Source: Babesia bigemina
Taxonomy: Eukaryota
NCBI RefSeq assembly: GCF_000981445.1
Contig: NC_027217.1
Location: 1,364,001 to 1,428,000 of the forward strand
Reading direction: 5' to 3'
Length of the DNA stretch: 64,000 bases
Shown: piece by piece, positions 13,075 through 24,833 of the stretch
How the letters are laid out: every line of letters begins with the position of its first letter
Position numbering within the stretch: the first letter of the stretch is position 1
Translations under genes and position numbers: made by a program
The notes under the pieces: generated by a model
Database searches by the model: none
What the model was told of the DNA's origin: nothing
The model's input: the letters and a program-made list of their open reading frames with translations, nothing else

Positions 13075-14693
13075 ATGCCGGTGACCGACACTCCGCAAAC
13101 CCGGGTGCGGGCCTTTGTCGGGGAGACACCGCGACCGAGGATTCCGCTGAAAAAGCCCTGCGCTGCTTCAGGGCCGCAACTGTCCAGCGTTTCGCGGATC
13201 AGGAGTGCTTTAGGCGAGCACGGGTCCGCATCTGCAGCCACCAACGGCGGAGCGGCAACGGCGTCGGCACAAGGTCGAGGGTATGCATCCGTGCCGCGAT
13301 GGCCGATGCCATCGGACTATGCCGACGCGTCGCTGTCTGCCACGCGGGAAGCCCAGTCTGCCACTCCGATGCACAACCCGGCCAGCAGCGCAGCGGAAAC
13401 GACCTATGCACCCGCAGGTTCGGCTGCCCGGCAGCGTATCGGTAGGCCGTCGCGTCCCCCTGGATCATTCGGTGCAGAGGCCGCAGGTGTCCCCATGTAT
13501 GCAAGCACGTCACGCGTGCACTCAATGCCGAGGCCGATCGGTGGTGGCACGTCGGTCGGACGTGACGACCACTCTGCGACGTCTACCACGCGGGATGGCT
13601 TTCCGGCATCCCGGCTCTTCGGGGACGAGTTCGCGAGCGCGACCACGTCGCGCATGTTTAGGGGTTCTCCCAACTCGCAGGAGGTGGTTTTGTTCGCGGT
13701 GCACCCGCAAACCGTGGTCCGGCCGTTGCGCCGGGCGGTGCGGCAGGTGTACACCAGACTGCTAGAGTGGCTGCTGGACGTGTTGCGTCGCCGAGGGATG
13801 CAGCGCAGGGTTGCGCTTGCGCGCCTCAATCGCACCAGATGGTTCGCTCGGCTGTTCGACTACACAGCGCTTGAGAGGATGCTGAATATCTTCAAGCTCT
13901 ACCTGAGCCAATCCGATGCGTTGGCGGTGCCGCGGGAGTTTGTGGATGTGTACGACGCATTTTCACATGAAATAAATCGGTACTGCCTGTCGGATTCGAT
14001 ACGTCCGCGGGGGGAGAACGCACGCGCGCACCGCGCTTTGGTCGTAGGGGGGATCGACTTTACTGAGGAGACCCTAAAGAGCATGACGAGGTCGTTCGAG
14101 CCGGTGCACCACCCGTCGCAGCAGACGCCCATGATGCCGATGCACATGCAATCAGTGGGTTTGTCGGGATCGACGGGCGCCGCTAACGCAGGTTGGTGTT
14201 GTTTTGCGATTCCTTCGTCTCACCCTGGCGCAGGAGGCATAGCTTCGCCAACAGACCCCAGCGGCGCGTCTACCAGCTTCAGCCCAGGTTCGTTCTGGCT
14301 ACGTTAACACCACATCTGCCTTCAGAGGTCAGCAAAGCGTCGATAAACCGCCGCTACCTGGTCACCCAGTACAACATTTCAGTGCTGGTCAGCATTATCT
14401 CGCGCCTTCAGGGTATCATGCGACAACGGCAGAAGACGCTCGACGACCTCAATAAGGAGCGCGAAGAGTTGGGCAGCCGACTATGCGAGCGCAGGCGTGC
14501 GTTGTTTGAGCGCTGCCGATCCTTGACCGAGCGACATATTCTCTCCGATTCTACGGACATGGAGAAAACGTTGCAGGATATACAGCAACAGTTCGACTGC
14601 ACCGGAACCAATCGCACCTCCAAAGTGCTGGAGGATATTGAACGCCATATGCGCGTCATCAGCCGCCGCGCCAAATCACTCTCTTGGTTGTAG
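13075..14693 (+). CDS. Hypothetical protein: disordered N-terminus, C-terminal coiled coil (2 short introns near 14192-14233 and 14288-14325)
   Basis: ORFs 13009..14307 and 14193..14693 are joined in frame by short GT-AG introns; first plausible ATG at 13075. Confidence 0.6.
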
Positions 14694-15425
14694 AGCCGTC
14701 AGCCCAGGCCAGCCACTACTCCGAGCTCAGGATATGGCGTTTGCGTTGCGCCCTACTGACTATATACAGCATGTCTGGGTGCAGTATGTACATATGGGAC
14801 ACGCCCTGCTGGGTAATGTCATAACATATCGTAGCGGTGCACGGCTAAGCGATGTGACGGCGAATACACTGTAAATATGCCACGGGTCGCACAGTTAGCA
14901 TTAGACACGTATGTAGAGTCCATATTTTGCCTTCCGATCGGTATCAGTTAGTTTACGAAGCGCTTTCGTTCGGCCGCTTCTTTGCGTATAGTACTGCGGG
15001 CGCCACGGCGGCGTGAAATTATCACACATTGCCCTCATTCAACGCATATTAGCGTTAATGCAGACTTTAGCTCACGCAGAATCCCTTGTGGCATACAACG
15101 ATCAACGACTGTGGTCGCCGCTTCATCACGTGATTCTGCACTCGTGACTGGATTCCGGACTCTGCGAGGCGAATCTGACCAGTTCCACAGCTACGACAAA
15201 ATAAAAAGCTAATGTGTTGTTACTCCAGTACCATACTTGATGTTAGTGTATTACCTCGTCTTAGAGCAATACAGCCCCTAGGCTGCTTTTCAGTGGCAGG
15301 ATTCCATGTCTTTTGCTCGCGCGTTTGGTCAATGTGGGCTCTTACAAGCTAACTCCGCATATACCAACGTACATGGGAGGAATGCGGTCGCGACTATGAC
15401 GATCGTCAGTTGAGCTGGCAGATCA

Positions 15426-16802
15426 ATGCAGTTGCTGACGTGGCTGCTGCCGGCCGCGCTGTTGTGCACGGAGGCATTTCGCCACAGCAGCCGTTACCAT
15501 GATTCCTCCCTTATCAGTGCCGCCGGAGGCAGCGGCCGGCGTTCCATGCGGTTGCTTGGGTCCATGAAGCAGCTGAAGGGTGCACGAAAGTCAAGTCGCA
15601 GGCGCCCGAAGAAAACAACTCCGGCCAAGATATACCCGTCACCCACCCTATACTATGGGAACATCCAGGACTACTTCGGCGCTCCCCGCGAGTATTATGC
15701 TGTCCCATGCGCGGATGCGCTTGTGGTGATGCGGAGCGAGCCGATGCTGCGGCTGGTGAGCATGATCAAGAGGGGTACCACTGCCGGGGAGCTGTCTCGT
15801 GAGTTCGAGCAAGATACGGCATTTCGTAAAGCTGTCAATGCTGCTGTTGAACAGCTAAGGCTCATAGCTGATGGCCAGCGCTGTGACGTCACCCGTGACC
15901 TCGTTATATACTTTGAGCGTGTGGTCGAGCGGCCTTCGGAGTATCCGCATTTTGTGGATCGCGCGCACTCGATAAAGCGCCTGCAGGAATTTTGGCGCCG
16001 TCGGGAGTTCGTAAGGTACCGAGGCCTATTCAAGCAGGTGTACTGGCGGATGCGCCAAATCGCGGGCAAGGTCAACTACGCGGGCGTCACTCTGCAAGAC
16101 TTCCGTGATCCCGCCCTCTGGAGGCGATACGGCGTTTTCAAAGGACTCCCTCGCTCCAGCATGGTCGACAACTACCTTGTGAAGCACAAGATCGCGCTTG
16201 ACAGCGATATACGCGACTTTTACTTCATCGACGGGGACACCGATGAGGTGCGCTGCGTCTTGGACGCGGAAGCCGAGGGGCGGACTAAACGCCGAGTGGA
16301 CGCGTTGGACCCTAAAGTGATGGATCGCATAGCCCGTGACCTCAGGGAACTTGGAGTGTTTCCAAACAATGAGTGGAATACGATGAACATGTCTCGCATC
16401 GACGAGTTGCAACGGGACTGCGCATCGCCTGACGCTCAGCGGGCTTATGCCATTCGGGATTTCTACCTCACGCACGCCTGCCCAGGGTACCGTGTCAACG
16501 GTGACCGGTTCTACCTGGAGTCGTTCGTGAACCACCGGTACAGGACGCGTACTCTGGAACGTGACCTGTCAGTGAAGTACGACAACTGGCTACGAAGCGG
16601 CGCCCCGCGCCCAACGCCGAGGCCTGTGGGAGTTAAGTACCAGCACATGGCCACGTGGAAGCGGCTGTCTCGCAACCAACGGCGGCATCTCGTGCAAGAG
16701 TTCCTGTATCCCAAAGCACAGGGCAAGCCAACTACGGAGTCCGCCACCACGGACGGTGCTGCTCCGAATTCCACAGCGGTGGATAACACACAAAGCGTCT
16801 AA
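15426..16802 (+). CDS. Hypothetical protein with signal peptide plus basic Ser/Arg/Lys-rich leader (likely apicoplast-targeted), 458 aa
   Basis: Long ORF; MQLLTWLLPAALLCTEAF followed by a basic transit-like peptide. No family recognised. Confidence 0.7.
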   Translation: MQLLTWLLPAALLCTEAFRHSSRYHDSSLISAAGGSGRRSMRLLGSMKQLKGARKSSRRRPKKTTPAKIYPSPTLYYGNIQDYFGAPREYYAVPCADALVVMRSEPMLRLVSMIKRGTTAGELSREFEQDTAFRKAVNAAVEQLRLIADGQRCDVTRDLVIYFERVVERPSEYPHFVDRAHSIKRLQEFWRRREFVRYRGLFKQVYWRMRQIAGKVNYAGVTLQDFRDPALWRRYGVFKGLPRSSMVDNYLVKHKIALDSDIRDFYFIDGDTDEVRCVLDAEAEGRTKRRVDALDPKVMDRIARDLRELGVFPNNEWNTMNMSRIDELQRDCASPDAQRAYAIRDFYLTHACPGYRVNGDRFYLESFVNHRYRTRTLERDLSVKYDNWLRSGAPRPTPRPVGVKYQHMATWKRLSRNQRRHLVQEFLYPKAQGKPTTESATTDGAAPNSTAVDNTQSV

Positions 16803-17112
16803 TATAGTTGCAAACACGCGCACCTCGATTGGGTCTACGAACATGTATGATGCGCCGCCGTGCCCACCGCACCCACAGTAGCTTGGAGCTTGGACGGCGC
16901 TGCAACAGAAAAGCTTATCGCGAAATCAGAGCACAGAGTGTTGTGTGGCCATATTTAAGATTGTCAGTTCTGATAAATAAAATGGAGGCTACAATACGGC
17001 CGAAGTGCGCCGTTGCAAAAGGTGGCTGGATACCTGTTTTAACAAATACCCAGCGTAAGTTGGTATCAACAGCAGACCGTAGGCAGTGCCATACGAATTC
17101 GCTTACAAAAGA

Positions 17113-20100
17113 TCACATCGGTGAGATCTCCCACAAATTAACCATCTCGCTCTGGTCGGCAGCGTCAATCTGCACTGCGCGCCACAGGTCCGCAGCGCCG
17201 TAGCACATGCTGCGTACCTTACAAGGTGCCCCTCTCCAGTTGCAGCTCATTAAATTCCGCCATACCGGTGACATGTGGCCCGCCAAAAAAGTAAGCGGTA
17301 GCATGAATTCGGACTCCCTTTCAATGCAGTCTAGCGGTGCGTACACTACGAACCTCTTTGATACGAGGGATTCTCCTCGGAGCACGTAGTCAACACCATC
17401 CTCCACTGCCTTATCTAACCCATAATCATTACCTTGTTCAGCTGCAGAGGCGTAAACAGATTGCAAGTATGGTACAAGTCGCCCCTCGACGACGGAATCA
17501 CAAGTGGGATTTGCCTCCTGGTCGTATTTCTCATATCCCACACTGCGTACAACAAGTCGCGCAAAGCGACCGCATTCAGGCACTTCAAACAACCACACAG
17601 ACTCCACATGAACCTCCAGCGTCTCCTTGGGCACCACCGGTTCCATGGAAGGCAGCGCCTTGAGCAGAGAGGCCGTGTTAGGTTCGGTTGGCACACTGCC
17701 GTAATCCTTCACCATGTCAGCGAGCAATTCGCGTGGGAAGAGCTTGTTTTCGTTCAGCGACAACAGCCACTCCCTGTACCCCCCGAACATATAGACCACA
17801 GAACCTTGGCACATGGTGGAGATGTGGGAGCAGAGCAACGTCGGCTTCTCGATAGCCGATACAGAAGTCCAGCGCAGCTGGTATTTAGACAACGCCTCCA
17901 ACCTCGGCTGGTTAAAGACGTACACATACTGGAACCACAGACCCAATTCCTCGATACTCTGTAGTAGCAGCTTTTCGTCATCACTTAGGGCAGCGCTGCC
18001 GCCCCGTGATGCACAGGCACAATCGCGCGCGGAAACAGTCCCAGTTCCTGCGTTAGCAGTAACTGGTGCACTTATGCGTTGTACATCTCGGTACATTGAA
18101 TCCATTTTGTCCAACCACATGGCACGTTTCTCATTCCATGGAAGCCAGTCGCAATATCGCGATACGGCGGATTCGCAGAGAACAACCAATTGCAAGATCA
18201 GTGCCATGCCCGAAGCAACCGTTGCAAGGTCGCCACAGCAACATTTCAGCGAGTCCAACGTCATACTGTCGATGAGCTGCGCTAGGCGATTGTTCTCGAC
18301 GCTGATCATCTCTGCGGGGTTTGTGCCGCATAAGTTACGCCCATTACTGGCACAAACATTACACGGCTGGCCACCAACTGCCGCATCGGTCGCTTTGCCC
18401 CTGCGTGTATCTCCTTCGCTCTTAACATGCATCATCAGATCGTTGTGAGACGGCGACTCGGATTTCATGATACCATAGCGTAACAACGTTGTACTTGACA
18501 TCTCGATAATGCGCGACGAAAAGGATTTCACACCTTGACTAAGCGATATGAGTAGATGGCCGTAGGGGGTTGGCGCACGCCACGCCTCTACGGAGCCGTT
18601 TGGTTGCAACGACAGGTTGTTAAACTCCGGTTCGAGCTGTATCAACTTTGCTTGCAACCCCCTCTCGTTGCTGGTGAGCGGAGATAACCGGTCAATGAAC
18701 ATTCGGATGTCCCAAGGGGTATCCATAACCCCCCAAGAGAGACGAGGCGGGATGGTTGTTAGGTAGTTCAGGTAGTCAATTACAGTATCGAAACTTGTTG
18801 GCTGTCTTTCGAAGAATTCACGGCTGCGTCTCAGCCTAGGTTTAGCCATTTTGGGTTTCCGACCTTTCGGTTTTCGCCGTTTGATCATCTGTGTGCCGAC
18901 CTCCTCTTTTACTTCGCCCACGTTCTTCGGATCGCTAGAGGCTTCCTGCGGATTAGGCGCCGTGTTGGAATCATCGGGTGCCTTTTTGTTGTCGTCCTGA
19001 GGCTCAGACGTTGAGCTTTCTTCCGCAGCTTTCCGCTTGTTCTTACCGGTCCCAGCGTCGACAGCAAAAATACGGTCCTCCATCAGTTGCTTGGCATAAT
19101 CCGCAATCCTAAATTTGAACTTTTCAGGACCAAACGAAGCGCCGCGTCGTTGCTTTGACCGAATTGAGGTTCGTTGAGCTGTAAACCTGGCGGACGGCAG
19201 AGTGCGCACAAAAATGCGGCATCCCAGATCCCCGCCGAAATAGTAGTAATCATTGTAGAACCTATCACGACCCAGATGCACGTTACGCTGCACGTATCGT
19301 TCTTCCAATTCGGCCAGCTCCTTCATTATCTCCTTGGGCTTCTTCCGTTTCACCGTATCAATGGTAGCCACCAGGGCAACAGCCGAATCGTTTTCTCTGG
19401 AATTGTTTGTAACACCGCCCTCAGGATTTTGCGTATCGCCCTCTAACTTTACATCGCCCGCAGAAGCGTGTTTACCAGGTGCTATCGCTCCAGGCTCTTC
19501 CTTTATGGCCACACCATCGACATCGTTAGATTCCAATTTTACTTGAACGTTCGAAGATAGGTTTGACACATTTTCGGATTCAGTTTTTACGTCCGGGTGA
19601 GATTTTGCGTTAGATAGTTGCTGTGATGATGCAGCTTCCGTATTCTTCTTCGTTTTGTACCTACCCCTCCTTTTGACACCCACTTTTCCTTCAGCTGTGA
19701 TGAGCGCACCGCCCTTTTCGGATTTGACTGCAGCGCCGACGTTATTTGTTAGTGCCATCGTTTCATAATCTGGCGACCTATCCACGTCCTCAGCCTTTCC
19801 ATCAGCTGAAGCTGCCACGTTTGGCGCCTGCGTAACGTCACTCTTGACCAGTGCTGCCTTCAAGCTGAAAAACTCATCGTTCCTTTGGTCGATGAAGCGC
19901 TTGGCGTCTGGGCTATAAGCCAGCAGCTCACCCATCCACCGCAACAGTGTCAGCCTGTCGCGCACCTCAAGTTCAAAAATGCTGCAGACACGCAATTTTT
20001 CCAATATGACTTTCACCGCTTCGATTGACACTGTGCCTTTGAACATATGCTTAACTCTATTGATATCTGGGTACCACTGAATCTCGAATTCATAGTACGG

Positions 20101-23100
20101 AGAATACCGCTGCGCTCCTAAGCCACGACGGCGACCAACGCGAGTCCCCTCCTCTGCTTCCGCCTCTCCCTCTCCTTCTGCCTCATCTTCTTCCTCTTCA
20201 TCGTCCACATCATCCTCGGAATTGTTAGTTGCCTGCAGCGACGCGTTTGATTTAGCTGTCGTAGATTCGCCCTTGGTACCTTCGGGGGCCTCTTTATCGA
20301 TGGGTTCATCGTCTTCTTCGTCTTCGTCGTCGTCTTCCATGGCGGTAGACCGCGCATCTCCGAAACTCCTAGAGTTTAGCCTGTACAGATACCTACGACG
20401 GCACGAGTAAACTGCGTAGAATAGATAGAGCCGCAATAGACACGGCCAAGTGAACTCCGTCAACATCATTGGATTCAGCGCGACCTTCGCACTCAACAAG
20501 CTAATTGACTCCTTGAAACCGAATCCCAACACGGGCTCCGTTTTGTTCGGCGTCACTGGATCCACAGTGAAAAGAGCCAGAGATGAAGCCCTCAACCGGT
20601 CATTCAGCGCATTGATCAGGTCCGAACGCTCTCGTGCCTCCGGTAAAACCTCCGTTTGCCAGACCAGCATTTTTTTAGAGAAGGTCGGCAACACCTCGAA
20701 AACATCTGAGGGGTATATCACTCGGTAATCGGCTCCTTCCCGGCAATGGCTGGATAGCAGATCCATGGGTACGCCTTCTAAACGCGAATTTAATGATATC
20801 ACAACGCCTTCCGGTAGATACTCGTAATCCACATTGGTGTAAACGTAAGACTTAGTTGCCGCCAGCAACCGCTCGACCTTTTTAAACCTTCTGTTCCACC
20901 GCGCAGTGTTTATGTATGGAATCGGGTGTTCAGGCTCCGGTATTATGTGCCTGAACCGCCCGCGGTAGAGGCAGCCGCCGTGAGTAGATATGAAATAAGA
21001 CAGCGTATCATAGTCGGGCATGCTCGCCTTTATGTCGCGTTCCTGCGCGTCCTTCTTCTTGTCCGACAGAGGTGAGAGTAGCCGCATCATCCGCACCTTA
21101 TACTCGTAACTCTCATAGCGGCTGAAGTCGTTCAGGGAACGCATAAGCCCGACATACAGGTCATTTACCCTCTTATCTAGCCTCTGGAATTTGGGTAACC
21201 AGTCCTGGTCCTTTGCAACCAAGCTGCAGAGACATTGGGGTGGTTCAAAACGGAACGTGGAAGGCTCTATGGGCTTGTACACGTCGACGCTGGTGGTGTA
21301 GAGCAGACTCTTTTCGAGCTCGGCGAAAGTGAACCTGGGCAGCATCGGCTGAGCAGTGGAGGGTGACGCCGAGAACTGTCGACACACGTTCGCTATATCC
21401 AAAATGTCATCCGCGCCGTAGAACCTGAGTAGACGGAGAGGGATATCGCGTGGGTAATACCTCGCATCATTCAGTTCAACGCAGCAATCATTGAGCAACG
21501 CCAGCGGTTGTCTGCCGGCTTCGTCGCCTGAAACGTCGCTCGACGTGTTGTAGCACGTGTACGCGAAGTCATCCGGCAAAGCAAGTGCGTTGCACTGCTT
21601 CTCTGTGTCAATCAACATCTGTTGACGATGTCGCATCGCTTCATCAGGCTCCGGCGCCGCTACAGACCGCTTAACGACGGGTTTCGGTTCCTCGTGCACA
21701 ATCAGCTGCACTTCTTCAGAATCCGCCAGCTTCGAGTTGCGCTTTATGATGCGCCCCGAGACCTTGCTTTTGATCTCTACTGGAGGCGGCGCTTGTACTA
21801 CAACCTTTATAGCGTCCATAGCCGCGGCAGTTTTGCTTGCTTTGCTTTCCCTATACACCCTCGTAGCGGAACCGTCCTTGTGTGTTTTGCTCGCCTTAGC
21901 CGACTTAGGTTGCGGCCCTATCTTTGGCATTTTGTGCGCTCGTACCACTTCGGAAGTAGCGATGAGCGCCTTCGTATCCACCAAAGGTGGCCGGGCTGGA
22001 ATAGGCATATTCCTTTGCCTCTTTTGTTGTAACATTTCGGGATCATCATAAAGCTGCTGGAAGGTGGATAGATACTTCTCTGTGAGACGTGCGGTGCTCA
22101 TGAACTCGGGCACCACGAAACTCTGGTCGAAGAAGACGAACGGCCGATGTTCCTTCAACACCGCCATTAGGTCGCACAACAGCAATCCAATAGTGTTTGC
22201 GCCAGTGTTAGCTGCTGCGAGGTCGGGTGGCGCATACATGGTGCCTAGCCCGGCTGGCTCCATGTTGATATCCGAAACGAGCATACTGTTTCCCATAACC
22301 TTAGAAGCACCCAACATGGTGTACGGCGCATCGAGTCCAGCATAAAGGTCGCGCGCATCGAGTGGTGGATAAGCTTGCAGGGAATTGATACTTCCTATGC
22401 TGGAGGGGGCGTTCATTTCCTGCGTCTGCTCATAACTGCTCTCTTTATTGCGGCTTTGGAAGAGATGCACATGGAGGCAGTCCCTGTATATCATCTCTAT
22501 AACCTTGATAAGGTCCGCCTCCGTTAACCCCTGCACATGCATGGCCTCGTTCCAGGTGGTAAGGGCCGAACCGCCCTCTGCCATTATCTCCGCCATTATA
22601 TCGTGAAGCCTGCGGTTGCGGTCGCGCTGGTATTCCTTGGTGATGCGCGTCGAGAGGTTGTAGTAGAGCATGAATGATACATAGTAGTTGACGTAGCGCT
22701 GCGCCGGCTTGTCCAGCCGATAGTATACATCGTGCTCACTTATGACGTATAACGCGGGCACATCGGACGGCTTGCACCCGTAGTCGATAAAGAAGTCCAG
22801 GATGCGGGCACGCACGCCTATTACCTTGCACTTGCGGCGCTGCCGGCCACGCGACGAGTCGTGGGACGAAAGGTCTTCGTTGAGTGTCGGATGCATCAGC
22901 GCGCTCAACTCGCTGGCGGTGTAGAGACTGTTCACCAGTTTTAGCTTCCCCATCAACCAGAGCCCCATGCCGAAACGGGACAAGTGGTCTAGCGGCGTTA
23001 TCTTATCGCACGCTGGGGAATAAATTATGAAGTCGTCGACATAACGTATCACAGTGCCGTCCTCCTGAAAGAAGGTAAAGGCGGACGGTATCGCAGCCTC

Positions 23101-23430
23101 CCCATGGTACCGCTCATGACTTCGAGTCAGCACCGCTTCGTTGCAGGACGAGACTCCGTACGTGCAGTCTATGTCCTCGCCCGACTGGAGATGCTCCGCC
23201 TGGCTGCCCAGGGAGGAGCCACCGGTTTCGTACATCGTCGTCACCGCGGTCTCTGTGCTGGGGTCGTAGGTGCAGTACCGGTTCACTCCAACCTGCTGCA
23301 GCAGCATAGATCGCCAGGCGAGCCCGCTGCGCAGCCGCTGCGTGATGGAGTCTACCGCCGCGGACTCGGAGAAGGTAGCTCCGCCGGCGGCGTGCGCCAT
23401 CGCCCTACCTGCTGCCATACGGTCTGCCAT
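17113..23430 (-). CDS. RFTS(DNMT1-RFD)-DDT-WHIM/WSD domain protein, putative ISWI remodeller partner, 2105 aa
   Basis: N-terminal ILDFFIDYG...LYVISEHDVYYRLDKPAQRYVNYY resembles the DNMT1/MET1 RFD domain. Also DDT-like FTFAELEKSL, WHIM1-like ELEVRDRLTLLRWMGELL, WHIM2 LGRDRFYNDYYYF and WHIM3 WGVMDT...FIDRLSPLTSNERGLQAKL. Confidence 0.75.
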   Translation of the reverse strand: MADRMAAGRAMAHAAGGATFSESAAVDSITQRLRSGLAWRSMLLQQVGVNRYCTYDPSTETAVTTMYETGGSSLGSQAEHLQSGEDIDCTYGVSSCNEAVLTRSHERYHGEAAIPSAFTFFQEDGTVIRYVDDFIIYSPACDKITPLDHLSRFGMGLWLMGKLKLVNSLYTASELSALMHPTLNEDLSSHDSSRGRQRRKCKVIGVRARILDFFIDYGCKPSDVPALYVISEHDVYYRLDKPAQRYVNYYVSFMLYYNLSTRITKEYQRDRNRRLHDIMAEIMAEGGSALTTWNEAMHVQGLTEADLIKVIEMIYRDCLHVHLFQSRNKESSYEQTQEMNAPSSIGSINSLQAYPPLDARDLYAGLDAPYTMLGASKVMGNSMLVSDINMEPAGLGTMYAPPDLAAANTGANTIGLLLCDLMAVLKEHRPFVFFDQSFVVPEFMSTARLTEKYLSTFQQLYDDPEMLQQKRQRNMPIPARPPLVDTKALIATSEVVRAHKMPKIGPQPKSAKASKTHKDGSATRVYRESKASKTAAAMDAIKVVVQAPPPVEIKSKVSGRIIKRNSKLADSEEVQLIVHEEPKPVVKRSVAAPEPDEAMRHRQQMLIDTEKQCNALALPDDFAYTCYNTSSDVSGDEAGRQPLALLNDCCVELNDARYYPRDIPLRLLRFYGADDILDIANVCRQFSASPSTAQPMLPRFTFAELEKSLLYTTSVDVYKPIEPSTFRFEPPQCLCSLVAKDQDWLPKFQRLDKRVNDLYVGLMRSLNDFSRYESYEYKVRMMRLLSPLSDKKKDAQERDIKASMPDYDTLSYFISTHGGCLYRGRFRHIIPEPEHPIPYINTARWNRRFKKVERLLAATKSYVYTNVDYEYLPEGVVISLNSRLEGVPMDLLSSHCREGADYRVIYPSDVFEVLPTFSKKMLVWQTEVLPEARERSDLINALNDRLRASSLALFTVDPVTPNKTEPVLGFGFKESISLLSAKVALNPMMLTEFTWPCLLRLYLFYAVYSCRRRYLYRLNSRSFGDARSTAMEDDDEDEEDDEPIDKEAPEGTKGESTTAKSNASLQATNNSEDDVDDEEEEDEAEGEGEAEAEEGTRVGRRRGLGAQRYSPYYEFEIQWYPDINRVKHMFKGTVSIEAVKVILEKLRVCSIFELEVRDRLTLLRWMGELLAYSPDAKRFIDQRNDEFFSLKAALVKSDVTQAPNVAASADGKAEDVDRSPDYETMALTNNVGAAVKSEKGGALITAEGKVGVKRRGRYKTKKNTEAASSQQLSNAKSHPDVKTESENVSNLSSNVQVKLESNDVDGVAIKEEPGAIAPGKHASAGDVKLEGDTQNPEGGVTNNSRENDSAVALVATIDTVKRKKPKEIMKELAELEERYVQRNVHLGRDRFYNDYYYFGGDLGCRIFVRTLPSARFTAQRTSIRSKQRRGASFGPEKFKFRIADYAKQLMEDRIFAVDAGTGKNKRKAAEESSTSEPQDDNKKAPDDSNTAPNPQEASSDPKNVGEVKEEVGTQMIKRRKPKGRKPKMAKPRLRRSREFFERQPTSFDTVIDYLNYLTTIPPRLSWGVMDTPWDIRMFIDRLSPLTSNERGLQAKLIQLEPEFNNLSLQPNGSVEAWRAPTPYGHLLISLSQGVKSFSSRIIEMSSTTLLRYGIMKSESPSHNDLMMHVKSEGDTRRGKATDAAVGGQPCNVCASNGRNLCGTNPAEMISVENNRLAQLIDSMTLDSLKCCCGDLATVASGMALILQLVVLCESAVSRYCDWLPWNEKRAMWLDKMDSMYRDVQRISAPVTANAGTGTVSARDCACASRGGSAALSDDEKLLLQSIEELGLWFQYVYVFNQPRLEALSKYQLRWTSVSAIEKPTLLCSHISTMCQGSVVYMFGGYREWLLSLNENKLFPRELLADMVKDYGSVPTEPNTASLLKALPSMEPVVPKETLEVHVESVWLFEVPECGRFARLVVRSVGYEKYDQEANPTCDSVVEGRLVPYLQSVYASAAEQGNDYGLDKAVEDGVDYVLRGESLVSKRFVVYAPLDCIERESEFMLPLTFLAGHMSPVWRNLMSCNWRGAPCKVRSMCYGAADLWRAVQIDAADQSEMVNLWEISPM

Positions 23431-23566
23431 ATGTTTTTAAAGGCTAGTAGCAGGTGAAACTGAGCGCCGGTTCCTGTATTGTTAGTGGCGGCCCACACAC
23501 CTTCGCGGAGCAGCGAGCACACGATAGGCGTCGCCACCATACACATTCACACACCCGCACAACAAG

Positions 23567-24833
23567 CTAACTATTCATCATTGCTAAGGTTGATTCAGCT
23601 ATATACCGGGCTTCCGAGGAGGGTAAACGATCGAGCGTATGTCTCAACACACGAAGCTCTGTAGACACGTGACATGGGCCGCAACACAAAACTCACCTTC
23701 CTTCGAATAGAAAGACGATATATGGCTTTCGACGTTCATCACCGCGGAATTTTGAGGCGCCAAACTGCGGGAACTGCCAACCATGAAATTCCACACACTA
23801 GTTCCTAGCGAAAAGGGCCAAAAGTGGTCGTCCTCCGGTTCGTCGAACGGGTCATAGTAGACCATCGGGGGTTGCACGTTGTAGGTAGACACGTGGTGAA
23901 GTTTTCTCTCGCCTTGGCCGGTACTTTCCGTACCCGTGGCATTCGGCGTTCCGTGGTGTTCATCCTCGACGTTTATATCGCCGCCAGCTTGTGGTTGCTC
24001 GTCAATATCTGAACTTGGCGATTCACTCAGTACTGCATCACGGTCATTATAAGATCCGGTCGATGTAGGCGACTCGCTTTGCGTGCTACCTTGTTCGCTG
24101 CCTGGCGGGTTGCATTCTTGTTCCCTTGCAGTTGAGAAACCTGTTCCCCCTGCTGCAGGCGAGGCACTGCGCAACGAGCAGGTCGATTTGTTATCGTCAC
24201 TTTCGTCATGGAATGGCTGCTCACCATCCAACGTATCTGCGATAGTTATGCTTGACCGTATGCTTCGTTGCTCCATTTTTAACTTTTCCAAATGGTAAAT
24301 GCGTTCCGCCAGTCTGTAACACGGCTCGTTTAGTGTAGTATAACTTGCTGCGAACACGTCATTACTACTGACAGATTCATTTCTGCACTCTGATGAATCA
24401 TAAAATGGGTGACCCACGTGGCATCCTCGTCGTCCGAAATTGTTGGTGCCTGAGAGTCCAAGCATGGATGGTAATTTCCCAGGTCGAAAGGCAATTTTGG
24501 TGGCAGTACAATTGAAATGGGCTCCTTCACCGTGCCCAATTCCTTAGTAAGCTCCTGGAATTTCCGAACAGCAATGGGACTGTGTTCCACGATGGTAAGG
24601 TTGCGGCAGTGGAAATTGTCCACTCTTCTGAACTCGATCTCTTCTGGCAGCACCGGTATGAGGTTGGAATCGTGCGTTGTGTAGTCTCGGAGGTGCAAAC
24701 ACTCGTCATTCTCCGAGTTCATGTTGATCATCTCGGTATCCTCTGCGGGCATCCCATCGCTGCGAAGACATCCGCCTATACAACGCCCACCAATTCTCTC
24801 CCAGAGGCTACGGCGTTTGCTAACCTTTCTCAT
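23567..24833 (-). CDS. Hypothetical protein (3 predicted exons; start uncertain)
   Basis: ORFs 24330..24926 and 23644..24465 are joined in frame by a 35-nt intron (gtgggt...tgcag). A second intron (gtgagt...tacag) leads to a terminal exon LRVLRHTLD...MMNS* ending at 23567. Confidence 0.55.

Noticed and set aside
24330..24465. Apparent frameshift between overlapping ORFs
   Set aside because: A 35-nt GT-AG intron joins them in frame.
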